A stretch of DNA of 64,000 bases from Felis catus (GCF_018350175.1 NC_058368.1:227542001-227606000); one strand, 5' to 3'; numbered from the stretch's first letter, positions 38,271 through 52,517 are shown. Translations and numbers: made by a program. The notes: generated by a model not told the origin, from the letters alone.

Positions 38271-39829
38271 TGAAGCCTAGCTTGCCCAGTGCTTTGTATC
38301 CCACAAGCAGATAAACATTTGCGGAAGTGAAAAACGCAAAATGGGCTTGCTCTAAAAATGCAGAGGCTGCATTTGAGAAATTGAAATGGAACGTGGGCTT
38401 TTCTCCTGTAACTTCAGGAGCAAACTCTGCCTGTGCTCAGTGTGCAGCACACCCAGGCTTCTTTCGCTCTGAAGGGCAGCAGCACAGAGAACACACAGGG
38501 ACAGAGGAGTAGGCGGGCTGGGCTGTGGCCAGCGGGTGAAGGACCGCCTGGGCCTCCTGCTGGGAAGCAGCCTTGTTCCAGAAGCCTTGCAGATCAGATC
38601 CACCCGCAGAGAACTGGGAACCCGTGCCTCCTGCACAGGCCCGCAGCCTGCTGGTCCTGTCATGCCCTACGCTGTTCAGTATCCTCCTGTTCTAATAGCC
38701 GGTCTTTTGAGAGAAGTTTAGATATTTACAATAAGAAACACATGTCCACAAGACAACCACAGAAAACAAAACAAAACAAAACTCCTCCATAATGCAACAC
38801 AAATATCGACAAAGTGAACTGTCTTCGCTAGGCCACAGAGGAAATTTCTCACAAATGTTTAATCCCCTTCTAAATTTTATAAATTCCTCTGTGGGAAACC
38901 CATGCTAAGTCCCACACGTTTCTCTGTGAACAAAGATGCTCACGTTAAAAGAGTTAAAGGCAGAGGCCCAAGAGAGAGAATTTCCCTTGTAAAACCCTGC
39001 ATTATGGCATTATGGAAGGGGTTAATCCCTGTAACAAAAACGAGGGCTGTTTCCTGTCCCAGGGAAGGCGCAACCAGTGGACAAGGCCCAGTGTGGAGTC
39101 CAGCGTGCTGAGGCCCCTCGGGGCCCATACTTCCTGGGGGCCCCCTTCCAGCCTGCTGGAGCTCCCCCGTGGCCACCAGTGACCCGCCCGTGTGTGCGTG
39201 TGTGTGTATACACAGCACAACCCCCGCCTGCGGGCTGCCTTGCCATTTCTCCACGCCCAGCCCTGGGAAGCACAACTTCAGGACACATTATCTCATCACC
39301 AGGCCTTTGCTGGCTTCATTCTTGAGCATTTTATTAATTTTTCAGACTGCTCTGAGCCACGTGGTATGTTCTGTGGGTGGGGGAAGGGTGGGAAGGAGAG
39401 AAAGGGGCTGCCTGAGGAGGAGAGTTAAGCTCGACTTTATTTCTGGCACGGATGCTTTAGCCCCTTACAGAGTAATCAAACACTATTGGAAACATCTGTG
39501 GACTTGACAGAGCATCAGAAATAAAAATCAAGCCTGTTCGGACAAAGAATCTCATACTGAGTTACATACAGTTCTTTTTCAAAGACCTCAGAGAACTTAC
39601 TAACAAAACCTAGTACAAGAATCAGTTTTTAAACAGCACTAAGATTATCGTTTAAAAACATCGCTATCTTCTTGGTTTTACCATGAGAATCTCCTGCACA
39701 AATCTTTAAGGGACGGGGAAGCTAACTGGATGTTTTCTAGAGCACATACGTCCTGTGCATTTCTGTCTCAATGTTCACAGCCGAATATTTTAAACCTACG
39801 ACAAAACCTGCCTTTAAAACCAGTTTGCT

Positions 39830-40034
39830 GGGGCGCCTGGGTGGCTCAGTCGGTTAAGCGGCCGACTTCGGCTCAGGTCATGATCTCGCGGTCCGTGAGT
39901 TCGAGCCCCGCGTCGGGCTCTGTGCTGACAGCTCAGAGCCTGGAGCCTGTTTCCGATTCTGTGTCTCCCTCTCTCTCTGACCCTCCCCCGTTCATGCTCT
40001 GTCTCTCTCTGTCTCAAAAGTAAATAAACGTTAA

Positions 40035-40071
<37 letters not shown>
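39830..40071 (+). mobile_element. Felid CAN-SINE with (TAAA)n tail
   Basis: Near-consensus body. Perfect TSD aaaaccagtttgct at 39816 and 40072. Confidence 0.95.
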
Positions 40072-40073
<2 letters not shown>

Positions 40074-43000
40074 AACCAGTTTGCTAATTAAAAAAACCAA
40101 ATTTTTTTAAAATAAAAGACTTAAAATAACTATTTTGAGGGAGCAATGTAAATCATTACTACCTTGTAAGAATTAAATTCCTGATCGGAAAAAGTTCAGA
40201 TAACATACATCGTTAAGTATGACTGAGACCGTACTTGTTTTCAGTGATGCTGCTACCAACAGTGACCCAATTTCATTACTGTGCTGAAGAATTACCATTC
40301 CATTGATCTCATTTAAAAATTCACTTTCCCTTCCAGCCATACTCTGTGACAGTTTTCCCAGTATCTTTCTCACTTCTGTGTGTCTGAGGGACTTCTAGGA
40401 GGGGTTCCTCACCACATGCGTTTAGTTTAGGATTGCAATTTATGAAAATCTGAGTTTCCATGACTCACATTAACTCTTGTGAAATGCACATCAGAGGACA
40501 GTTTCCCCCTCCCCCTGATCTTTCGGCCTTTCTCCTTTAAACAACAAATATGGGGACTAAAAAGCATGGCAGTGAAAAGGCCCTCCTTAGCACACGGAGC
40601 ACGGAAGCCAGCTAGGAAATGCCTCCTCCAAGACTACAAGGGCTACGGAGGGAACTCCAATGACCCAGATGCACAATTAGCAGCATCAAACCAGGGTCCC
40701 TTTGCCTGAATTCTCTCCAGAATGACTGAAAATGAACAAGCTGTAGTTTCACCCAAAAGGATGAAACACTCCTCTCTGGTCGCTGGCACGTGAACCTTCA
40801 ACAATCACCACGCGGCACCGAATTTTATTTTTTATGTTCTCTGGAGAAACCGTGTTAGGCCGTTGCTTTGCCTGAACCCAGTTAAAGGCAGTAACGAAAA
40901 GAGACCCACAGCTGGGGAATTCTCAGCCCACCCCTCCTCGGAGATGCCCCTCTCTGGTGCACAACGAGGCAGTTGTACAAGAACACACAGTTCTGGAGGG
41001 ACAACGGCAAACATCTGGTCTGAATAACCGAGCTCCCAGGTGAGTTCTGGGGCAGCTTCTGCCAGAGGAGGAGCGGGCTCTTTACGACTAGCATGGCGGA
41101 CCACGCGGCCCTTGCTGCAAACGATTCTACTTCAAGAACCGAAGATCAACTCAGGTGGGTGTCTGGCCAATGTTCGGAGAGCAATTCAAAAGGGAAGGGG
41201 CATTGTGGTCTAATAAAAGCCATTTTTCCTTAAAGAACAGAGTGTGTCAACTCTGTGAACAGTCACATCCTACAACCCAGTACAGTTCAGTCATTCAGAA
41301 ACCTCACAAAAGAGTCTTGTGGTTTTGTGGAGGCTCCACACAGAGCAGACCAAAAATTGGCCGCCTGGCTAGAGAGGATGAGAGCACACGGCTCCGTTAC
41401 TGGCAACGCTCACCAGAGAGGGGCAGCCACTGGCATCTCTCAGAGTTCCCCCAGGAAACGCGCCACATCCCTGGCTCTCACCCACCCAAGCTTCTCACTG
41501 CACAACTTCACGGACACAGGGGCGTATCGGCAACCATCTTACCCATGTGAGCAGCCGGGCCCGTGCTCACCCCGACCCCGAGGCCAAATCTACGGGAGAA
41601 ACCTTCACCAAAATTTGCTGAGTTTCAGTGCGGACCACTCTGATGGGCTCTCACACACTGAGCATAGAAATCTGTGAGAACTGAAGAGTGGCTAATATGG
41701 TAAATTTTCTGTGGTTTCCACTACACATGCACATAAAAAAAAAAAATCTGTGAGAAGATTTTTTTTTCCCCCCCAAAGCAGCAGCTTACCATACCCAGTA
41801 TTTTATCCAGAAAAGAAAGCAGAGTGTGGTACTCAGGGGTGTTAATTCTTTACTGACATTGTCGCACGGTGGTTTTCTGACATGAAAATCATTCTTGGAA
41901 GGCCTCCCTGACTGTGTGACATACGTGAGGTGGAATGGAAAATTTGATGTGAAAAAGCAAACTTAAAAGCCCCACCTAAAAAAAGGGCAAACTTTGAAGT
42001 AAAAAGTGAGGCCAACTGGAGGTGGGACAGCGAGTTCGTATGGGGCTTCACAGAAGCTGACCCGCACTAACATCACGTTTCCCCCCACTCAACACACCAG
42101 AACGGGGATGCCAGCGCCCGCCGAACAGATCGATGACCAACTTAATTGGTTAACGCAGAGCGAGGCACGGGAGCTGGGAGCAGACAGCTGAACACCACCC
42201 GCACTCCCTCAGGTCACCACGCCCTGGAACAGCAGAAACTCTGAGAGACCACTTCACCCAGAGGAGCCCGCTTGCTGAACTTCCGGAGTGAGCAACGCAA
42301 TCTTTCGTCCAGAGAAGTCCCTGTGAAAGGACTCCTCACGTCTTTGATACAGGGATGGGAAGAGGGAAGGTACGCCAGCCAGCGACCAGCTGACTGGGCT
42401 TCTTGCCAGAAGGAACCACCGCTGGAGTAAACGCCCTGCCTCCCGTCTGAATCAAGCGGGCGTCCTCCTACGATGGTTACTTTGACCAGTTCCGTCAAAT
42501 TTACATTAAAAAGCGTTTCTCGATGCACCACTACTTTTATAAACACTTTTGCTAAATTTCTAACCAAATTTTATATTTAAAAAAAAAAACTGAAAACCTA
42601 CCTTTTCTTAGAACTGAGGCTTTCTACTTTGGCGTGGGGGATTTTTTTTCTGATTAAAATTATCAAAGACTACGTTCCACTTTGCGGCTTTATGAAAGCG
42701 CTTAAAACACTTGATAAAAATTACAAAAACCACAGTCACTTAGGAAGACCGAAAACAAAGATTAGCAAAAGGAAGGAACAAAGGCAGGTGTGCTCCATCA
42801 CCCTGGCGGGGGCGGGGGGCTGGCCACCCTGCTCATGCCTACATGTTCCGGGCTGGCACACACTGGGTGATCCGCGAGTATCCGTGGACGAATGACCCTA
42901 TCCTGGGAACGCATGCAGTCGTTTTATGTGTGCGTGGCCAAAACGCAGTGAGGTGGGTTAAAGGGGAGTGTGTGGGGGGGGTATGTTTTGAGCAAGGGTC

Positions 43001-43282
43001 CCCCTCTTCTTCAGGGACTGCCCATTATGTGGTATTTTACTGCTGAGCCACCAAAATGCCTAAGTCCAGGCACTAATACTTCGTAATGTATTCTTAAGGC
43101 AGCTTCCAGCTCCAAACACACACAGCTCCAAATGCACTGTGCTCCAGAGCGGGCAGATACGAGGGCAGCGAGGATGACACAGGCAGCCATCTGCAACGGC
43201 CAGTAATGAATATCAACACCCAGGAATGAGGGAGAAGGCAGCACTTTTGAAGAGGAAGCCGCAGCAACAACTGTGTACATGC

Positions 43283-43425
43283 GAGGCAGGCACTGTTCTC
43301 AGTACATGCTCATAGCCCCGAGGTGATGGCACCGTCCCCCAATTAGAGATGAGGAAACTGAGGCACAGAGAGGCGAGGTAACTGCTGAAGGCTGCGGAGA
43401 AGCAGAGCCCAGAGATCTGGCTGGC
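43283..43425 (-). mobile_element. MIR fragment
   Basis: gatgaggaaactgaggcacagagag MIR core motif. Confidence 0.75.
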
Positions 43426-46423
43426 GAGCTCTTCCTTGTTCTTAACCACCTGCCGTTTTGATGTTCAGTACTCTGAGTAACTACTTTGTCACAACTCTGA
43501 AGCCAGAGTGTCCTGTCTGCGGGGACGAAAAGCATGTGCCGTCCTGAAGAAAGGCTTCTGAATAAAATGACTCGATTTCATGCCCACACAGGGGAAAACC
43601 TACATAAGGTCCTGGGAGGCTCGGGGCTCTGGCGAGGCCAGCAGAGGACCTCCTCTGAGCAAAGCTTCTGGCACCTTCAGCCAGGGGAAGCGGCTGGAGC
43701 TCCGGACCGGGGCTCACCTCACTCCTGGCCACGCTGCTCTGTGCCAGGGACGCTGCTCTGTGCCACGTACGCAAGGGACACAAGGGACAGGGGCTGGAAG
43801 GAAGTGTGTGGCATTTCCTGAGTAGGCTAAACACAAGTTCCCTTTCTCAAAACTGTGCATTCAGCCACAGTTTTAAAAATGTATACTGCAATTTACATAA
43901 ATCCACCCAAGTTCCAACTGTTAGAATGTTGCTTCATAGAGAAAGTTGGTTGACTTTTTAAACTACATAGAATCTCATATCCCCAACCCAATGCTATATA
44001 TGTGCTTCAATAAGAGTAACTAAAACCATTTGTTGTTTTTTTTAAATACGTGGATTCATATATTAATATTATAAGCTTAGGGTAGTTCATGCCAAGTATC
44101 AGTCTCAAATGAATTTCTCATTTATTAAAAATAAGAACTGCATTACCTTAGATGTAAAAGAAAGCTCTCACTGGCCCCCGAAGGCTTGGGTCAGCCTTTC
44201 CAGAGGCAACTTCCTCTTGCCTTGGGGATTCATCTTGACCTCAAGATGCTTTGTTCTAGAGTAGCCTATATTTCATTCCCGTATTTTCTACTTTCCTTAT
44301 ACTATAAATATTTGTTATATGAAATAAACCACAGACTAATAAGGCAAATAGGAAGAAAAAAGGTTAAAAATGCTTTTTCAATACACTAAAAACATCTACC
44401 TCCATATCCAGCCCTAATGTGAAATAGTAACGCCTAGGCACCAACAGGTAATTAAATCCACATTTTGTTTCTGGCTTTCGCTTTCCACTGCTGGGTGGCC
44501 CTGTGAGGGCCATCCAACCCTCCCCCATCTCCTCGATGTCCTGAAGCCTGGCTCAGCATTCTCTTCCCTACCTCAGGGAGACAAACGCAGGACAAATGAG
44601 ATAAGAATCTGGCAAGAGTAAGAATCTTGATTTCTTTGGAATCCAAATTATGTTTTCATAAGATCATTTCATCAGCATTAAGCACCACGAATATGGGCAA
44701 GAATCACTGCTAAACTTACTTTTGGAACAAAGAGATGCCATATTTTAAAACTGATGTTTTCAAGGAAAGAAATGTGCTCATGGGGCATGTGGTTTGTATC
44801 TGTGACCTGTCTACTCAAGCTCTGTGAACAGTGCTCCCTGGAAAGAGGGCGTCTCCAGGAGCCGCTCCTTAACAGACCCTTCCAGAAACATCCTGTGCCT
44901 CATCTGAGAATGACTGCAGCGCTGGGCAGATAACCTTCCCTTAAGAAGTCTCCAAGAGGCCGAGTCAAAAACATCCCCCCACCCAGTTTCTGAAATGGAC
45001 CAAAGTCCATAATAACAACTAACTCACAGCAGACATCATAAATTAAGTCAAACAGGCAGAATATGGTTAAGTAATTTCCCTCACCAGATCTATCTGCCTA
45101 TATCATCAGAGGCTGTTTAAACTTGAGGCTATTTAAACTTTCTGCAGAGTGGAAAAGAACCTTGAGACATGAAAAGTTACTGCCATTGTAGGGAAAGGGG
45201 TTTTCTGGTTAAGCCTAGTTCAGTGAAACTGCATTTTACAAGCTGACTCAAAAAAGCAGGTAGTTTCCTAATATTCAAAATGTGTTTTCCTGAATCATCT
45301 ACGACCCTGAAATATCTACTAGAACAAAAAGGGAGATGGCTGCAAGAAAATGTTTTGGAAGCAGAGAACACACAAAAGCCAGCATTCATGTGGTAGCAAA
45401 CACATCTCTTCTTTGTAAGATCCAATGGGAATGTCCTCTCCAGACTCCAGATTTTGACTTATCATTATAATATCTGACATGCTATTTATTCTCATCCCAA
45501 GTGCACACCCCAAGAACTGAGGAAAGTAACTTGCTGCATTTCTCTACAATCTTAGGAAGATAGCTCACTCCTTTTTTGTACTTTTGAACCTACGAAGGAC
45601 CTATGGTCTCAGTGAGGAATATTAGAGGAAATACATGCCATGTCCACTTAAAAAATGAGTTTTGGAGTGTCATTACTTCCAGACGGTTAGGAATCATGGG
45701 AGGCTGTGGTCACGGCTCCACCAGAAGAGCCAGGGAGAGCCTCTGCAAAGCCCAGGTGCAGGGGCATGGCAGTACTTGCAGAAGTGGTCCTTAGGGGTTT
45801 CTGGGCCACACAACAAAGTTTAGAGACAATGCAGTGGAGCAGGTAGGCAGAAACTGGTGAATTACCTCCACAGAATATGTAACAGGCAGTTCTCTAAAGA
45901 CCCTAGCATCCCACCAGACTCCCAGGGTGAAATGATTAATTCCTACAAACCTGTACTTTTCTGGTAGTGATTCATTCCTCCTCTCTCATTGGGTACAAAC
46001 AGAATTTGCTGTCTTAATAGCAACAGCCTTAGGATAAAGCCTCATTTTTCTATAGTAGTTGCGCAGGCCTGAGTCCAACTTCACATAAGCCTATTATACT
46101 ACAATGGATCCAAAGCACAAGCAGTTACACGGTTCCTAACTACAGGACACAGCCTTATTTTTGTGAACTGCAGTCAGCCGCACATCAGGGGACCAGGAGC
46201 CAGGAGTGGGCGCTTGCCATCTCAGAGTGGGAACGGGAGAGTCAGAGTACCTTACCAGACCCCGGGGGCATTTCCACACCACCACCGCCAACCACCCAAT
46301 TACCATATGCCGCCTAAAAAGACACTTGCCCCTTCTTTTTGGACCAACCTCTAGAAAAGTCTTAGCACACCTTCCAAAAGGCAAAATCTTTTACATTTAT
46401 TTATCTCTTTGGCAATTTCACTC

Positions 46424-46710
46424 AAATACCATATGATTTCACTCATGTGTGGAATTTAAGAAACAAAACAGATGAACATAGAGGAAGGGAAGAAAAAATA
46501 AGATAAAAACAGGGGAAGCAAACCGTAAGAAACTCTTAAATACAGAGAACTGTGGTGGGTGGGGGATGGGCTAGATGGGTGATGGGCTTTAAGGAGGGCA
46601 CTTGTTAGGATGAGCACTAGGTGCTATATGTAAGTGATGAATCACTGAATTCTACTCCTGAAACCATTATGACACTGTATGTTAACTAACTTGGATTTAA
46701 ATAAAGTTTA
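46424..46710 (+). mobile_element. Carnivore L1 3' UTR fragment (5'-truncated)
   Basis: taccatatgatttcactcatgtgtggaattt ... G-rich tract ... gttaactaacttggatttaaataaa. Confidence 0.88.
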
Positions 46711-48299
46711 TAAGAAATCAAATATTTCATTTCTAACAAGTAAACTTTAAAACTCATTTCTAGAGTAAACCCAGACCAGACCCAGCAGAGCACATCCGGT
46801 GAGAATGAGAATTGGGGGCTGCTGGGCGCACAGCTGCCGTGGGGACGCTTGACCCAAGCAAGTCCGTGAAGTGGTCTGAGTGAAGGTGGCCGCGCCCCAA
46901 CCTGAGCTCCTATTACTTCCAACACCGCTTTTAGGTGGAGGTCTTGTATAAACGGGCGATTTTGATAACTCTGTCACCTCGATTTTTTTTTTTTTTTTAA
47001 AGAAAAGAACCAGAATTACTCTAACGAAATGTTTCCAAATTCGAACTTTATTCTCTTAACTAAATGGCCATGGGGTGGGGCCGCAGGAGAAACGGCTGCT
47101 CCGCACCGAACGCCTGATGTGTCATTCATCTTATTCCCCATTATTACCCCTGGCAAGACATACCGACCACCGGGCTCTGAACAAAACAAAAACGAGATGC
47201 CGTGTTTATTCTCCCGTCCTGTTACTCTAACCATTCAGAGTTCTAGGACTTCCTATTTAGCAAACTCAAAAAGCAGAACAGAAACAACAAATGACTCAAA
47301 GCAGAAGGATCTGGGAAACGAAATCGCTGTAAAAGAGCAATGCTTTCCAACCTGCTCACTGCCCTCCTGCCAACCGCATCACACACCATGAATCCTCTGC
47401 AAGACCGAGTGGGAAAAGCCCACCATCTGGGCCCAGACACTGGGCCCGCTCCTCTGTCAGCAGCCCCTTCCAAATGACGCTGAGGGCGAGACACTTCCGG
47501 GCTACAAATGAGGGGCTGTGCTGCAGGAACACAGGAATCCTCAATGTGGCAAGTTAAATAAAACCCCTATTTACGGTCAAATAACCTTTTTAAAGAATTT
47601 GGTCTAGCAGTTTAGAAATAGAACACGTGCTCATCTCAGCGGGAATGGAAGACTTAGTTGATGTGACTGTCCCCCAACTCATTTTACGGAGGACTCTGTG
47701 TATCTGTGCGTGATGGAAGCCTGGATTCCAAAGTCTCCTGTCGATGTATTTTGTTGGCTTTGGGATTCCATCAGGACAGATCACGGGATTCTCCACACCG
47801 CACCCCTTCCGTAGAAGGCACGGCTACATGCGTATTTTCCGACAACGATCAGATCTGTGTGCCTGGCGGTCAGCTCAGGTGCAGGCTGGTTCGGGGCGCA
47901 CTCCCTGCATTCCGCTGTGCCGCCCTGAGGATGCCAGGGCTCCTGCTTCAATCGGAGCAGATCCGCTTTCACCCTCAGGGCTTGGAGTAGCATTTAACTT
48001 AAAGTGACAGGTTCTTCTGCTTATGTAAAATTGACAAGCTTAAACACTCTGCCCTAGAACACCTGACAGAAAACCAGGTGATGGCACTGGGCAGGGCAGG
48101 CAATTTCTTCCTGAATCCTCAGACTTGACCCCTGACATCCCCAACTTTTTGCTCCTGCTTCTGTGCCTGGCACCACTTAGCACACAGTGACTGTTTGAAA
48201 GGACTGGTGACAAACTGTCACTTATAGACAGAAACAGGCTGCTTCCTATCAGAGCCAAGACTAGCTACATTCACCCAAGAAAGTGCTGTTACAGCTTAC

Positions 48300-48399
48300 C
48301 TTATCGCTGTCCAGTGTGTTCTGAGACGTCCGTGAGGCAATTGAAATGGTGTCAGGCTGGCTGCTCCCATCGCCCTGGCTATCCAGATCCTCTCCGTCC
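48300..48399 (-). CDS. TRIO: TRIO coding exon (~exon 33), linker: (R)DGEDLDSQGDGSSQPDTISIASRTSQNTLDSDK
   Basis: Hand translation: 100 nt, phase 2/0, acceptor tcag|G, donor AAG|gtaagc. Confidence 0.96.
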
Positions 48400-48976
48400 C
48401 TGAAGAAGCAAACACACTTTTCATTCCTGACACTGCGGGGTTGGTCAAGACTGGTGCAGAGCGTCTATGAGTGGCTGGAGAGACAGATTTGCTCAGAGAG
48501 GCACGAATCCATCTGCGTGACTGCTGCCACCAGCATCGCGTGAGCGGTGACCGACCCCTCTCGGCTGCGCGCCGGGATGAGTGGCGGACGTGTGCCCCCT
48601 GCTTAATTCGCACAACGGTAAAACACAGGTGTGGTACTTCTGCCTCAGAAATGAGAAACGCAAACAGCGAAGTGACAGTACAGCCGGTCCTGGTCACACG
48701 CACGACCTACATGTGTGTCCAGATTCACACTTGCGGTGGGAAAGGGGAACAGACAGGGATTTGTACCCAGCCCTTCATTTTCTTTAGGCCGAAGGGAGGT
48801 TCTCATCGTGACAAAGCAATTTCATTACTAAGGATGATGTTATACATACAGTGTGTTTAAAAAAAATATTCCTCAAGATATTTAAGAAAAACAATCTGTG
48901 AAAAACAGTAAGTTAACACTGCCTTGTTCTCTTCCTATTAAATAAACAAACTTACCGAGAGGCCCCCAGCACTTAC

Positions 48977-49119
48977 CTCCTTCCCTTCTGTCTTGTGGCC
49001 GGTGCCGTCTTGGGGATGTGAATGGGCTCCTTCAGGGCCCCTTTCAGGTGAATCGTCCTTTCCTGTATCACTTCGCGGATGTGCTTTATCCAGTCCTGCT
49101 TGTTTTCTATGCTGGAAGC
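48977..49119 (-). CDS. TRIO: TRIO coding exon (~exon 32), PH1 C-terminal helix and linker: ASSIENKQDWIKHIREVIQERTIHLKGALKEPIHIPKTAPATRQKGR(R)
   Basis: Inside ORF 48973..49188(-). 143 nt, phase 0/2, acceptor taag|GCT, donor AG|gtaagt. Confidence 0.97.
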
Positions 49120-49376
49120 CTTAACAAGGTGTGAGAGTCCATCAGGACACAGAAGGCGTCCCCCTTCCAGAACCTGCTCTAACCACACTCACGTCTCCCA
49201 CATTCCCTGAGTTTCCCCATCTCAAAAATAACTTTTCAGCAGAAAAGCAACTGCATCCCATGTTTAATTTGCCATTTTGAGTATTTTTTCATCAAAACCA
49301 TTTTCATTTTATAGCACATACGTTACTCCAGAATTATTTTCATAATCAGCAATTCCCCAGTCCCCAAACCTTTTAA

Positions 49377-49591
49377 GGGGCACCTGGGTGGCACAGTCGG
49401 TTAAGTGTCCGACTTTGGCTCAGGTCATGATCTCACAGTTCGTGGGTTCAAGCCCCGTGTCGGGCTCTGTGCTGACAGCTCAGAGCCTAGAGTCTGCTTC
49501 AGATTCTGTGGCTTCCTCTCTCTCTGCCCCTCCCCAGCTTGCACTCTGTCTCTGTCTCTCAAAACTGAATAAATGTTAAAACAACAACAAC
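49377..49591 (+). mobile_element. Felid CAN-SINE with (CAA)n tail
   Basis: Full body. TSD aaccttttaa at 49367 and 49592. Confidence 0.93.
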
Positions 49592-51069
49592 AACCTTTTA
49601 AGCAGCTGTGGGTAAACATGAAAACGCAGCCAGTCCCAAACCAAAGTGTCTTGGAAGCTATTCAGACAAAGGCTAGCGGTTGGCGGTTCGTGGCCCTCAC
49701 TAATGCCCACCCATCTTGCTGCCTCATTCACTGTACTCATGGGACAGCAGCTGCAGAGGCCACCGTGTCCCCACCTGCACCCGCGTTCGCTCCCACTGCT
49801 CTGCGGGGTCACCGGCTCCCCCCCCCCCAATCCTCGTGTTGTAAGGGGGGGAACCATGGCATGGACACATCAGAAATGTGCCCCATGGGACACTGCGAGT
49901 AGCTGAAGCAGCCGGGATTCTCGGGCTGGCACGGGGTGGATGCCATCCATGCGATGACACAGCCCATCCTCCCGACTTCCGCCTTCACCTGCTTCCGGTT
50001 GGACCAGTTTCCTTACTGCCAATTACAGACGGTGGATTTACCCTGGTTCCAATACAACTTCTGAAAACGTGCTCCAAACAGGACACACAGTGGATACTCA
50101 GTATGTGTGGAATGAACACATATGGCATCACTTTGCCCACACTTTTTTCTTTTACTTTGCCTCAAAGGAGGTTTTTTTTTTCTTTTTTTTCTTTTTGCAC
50201 GTTCTGGGCCTTAGTAACAGTTTTTCATTTCCTTGTAAGAAACATCAACTTCCTATGACATAAGCATAAGTCCTTGTAAATGACCGAAACAGTTGTCAGA
50301 GGGGTTGCAGCTGAGCCCCTGGCGGAGAGGGGCCAAGTGCTTTCTCATGGTGCACCTTGTCTTCAAAAACAGCAAGTCGGAGCCCATGTTGGGAAAGGAA
50401 ATTAAAATTGAGACTCTTTTTTCTAAATAAAATGTTTTCACTGGAGGATGTGTCTTTAAAGTCGCTGAGGGCTAGGAACAGGGGACTAAATGCAGGGAGG
50501 CGGGGGGGGGGGGGGCAAAAAGGAGCCTCTTGCTCCCATTCCCAGACCTGAGACTGGAAGGCAGTAACCTAAGTGCTTCTGGGGCCAGAGGCAGGGCGAT
50601 CAGGGACTACGGGAGCCTGTGCAGGAAACCAAAGTGTCTCAGGGTAGACAACTCTGAAAACTACAGATCTACTGGCATTTAAATGCCTGATGCAAACATT
50701 CAGGTTAAGCAAAGAGAAGCATCTGAGAAAGAACATTTGGCAGAGTTTACAGACAACTGAGGGAAACTATTACTACGGTTCACAAATAAATGGGATTCTC
50801 ATGATTTAACAGTGAGGTGATCATTACATTTATGGAGAGGAATTCTCCTGACCTTAAAGAAATTAAACAAGGAAAAAAGGTGCCAGGTTTTGAGAAATTG
50901 TAACAGAAAGGCAAGCCAGCTAAAGTACTAAGTAAAAGGTCCCACTGGTCTGAGAGATGGGAACAATCTGATGCAGACTCTTGGTAGTTTTCATCTGTTT
51001 CAGGAAGGATTTAGAAATAAGACTCTCCTTTCCAGGGTACAACGTAAAAAAGACCAACGTTTTGAGTTA

Positions 51070-51648
51070 CAACTACCAGCACCCCTGCCACCACTATCAC
51101 CTCCTCCTCCAGCTCAGCCGTCTCCTCCACCACCACCTCTGCTCCCCCCTCCACCTCCATCACCACCACCACCACCACCATCTCCATCACAACCGCCTCC
51201 ATGTCAACCACCTCCTCCACTTCCACCACCGCCTCCTCCACCACCACTCCCACCATCATCCCCATCTTTGCTGGCATCTCCACCACCACCGTCATCTCCA
51301 TCACCACCACCTCCATCACCGCCGTCTCCTCCTCCGCCACCACCCCCACCATCACCCCCATCTTTGCTGGCATCTCCACCTCCACCGTGATCTCTGCCAT
51401 CACCTCCATCACCACCGCCTCCATTTCCACCACAACTTCTATCACTTCCAATATGATCTCTGTCTCCATCACCACCTCCGTCTCCACCTCCACCACTTCT
51501 ATCACCACCTTCACCTCCATCTCCACCTCCTCCCCCTCCCCCTCCCCCTCCAAGGCCTCCCCTCCTCTGCCTCCACCACTTCCAGCTCCACCACCACCAC
51601 CACCTCCATCTCCTCCATCACCGCCTCGGTTTCCATCTCCATCACCAC
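51070..51648. repeat. Degenerate (CAC/CTC/CAT)n trinucleotide low-complexity tract with an internal 96-bp duplication
   Basis: Read directly. The motif catctttgctggcatctccacc occurs at 51263 and 51359. Confidence 0.92.
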
Positions 51649-52480
51649 AGAGCAATCTCTAAAATGAATGAGGACATCATTTTCTTTAGCCTTTCCTTGG
51701 AAAGCAGAAAAATATTACCCAAAATTCCGTAAAAGACTCTCATCTGATAAAGCCTAAAGGAAATCTTATTCTTGAATTGCATCATGAGTGTTTTATTATG
51801 TCCTATATGAAAGTAGTCCCTGTCTGGCTCAAACATCTGGCACTATCTCTTAGATGCACCTTTTGATATCTATCACTATAGCTAATCTGGAGAGATGCTT
51901 CCTATGAGTTGGAAGTTTTGTGGTTTTGAGTATACTTTAAAATTGTATGCCTTAGGAAAGTTATCTAATATTTAGCTATCAGTGCAATTTATGCTTTATA
52001 GGGCTTTACGCCAATACTAACAAGAACACACTGGGTTGGTAATCATATATTCACTGCAAAACAATCCATCATTTCCATGGGAATAAAGGCCTTAGAAACA
52101 CAATACTTTCACCAAAGTACAAATTCTGTAAGAGCGAGGTATCGATGAGTAACTCATAGTTGCTGGAAATACTGTTGAGAGATTAAAAGGAATGTACGAG
52201 ACGGGATCACTGGCATGCCAATTCACACACCAGAGTCCTATTAAGCTTTTGGCTCATCTCCCAATATTCTACAAATCTTCAGCAACGTCTTTCACAAAAC
52301 ATTCCGAAATCGCCATGGTTTTTCCAGATAGACCGTTCCATCTGTATTTTCTCAAACACAGAAAGAGGGAAGTACACAAGATACCCTTAGAGCCCTGTGC
52401 CTTTCCTAGGAGAGGCTAGTATGCTTAAAGCAGAGTTCAAATAAAATATCCAAACATATTTTATTTTCCTCCCCCACCAA

Positions 52481-52483
<3 letters not shown>

Positions 52484-52517
<34 letters not shown>
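52484..52517. repeat. (CA)n microsatellite
   Basis: Read directly from the sequence. Confidence 0.95.

Noticed and set aside
50971..51667. Long poly-Pro, poly-His, Thr/Ser-rich and Val/Glu-rich ORFs (139-228 aa)
   Set aside because: They are translations of a triplet low-complexity tract that lacks stop codons by composition; no domain or splice support.
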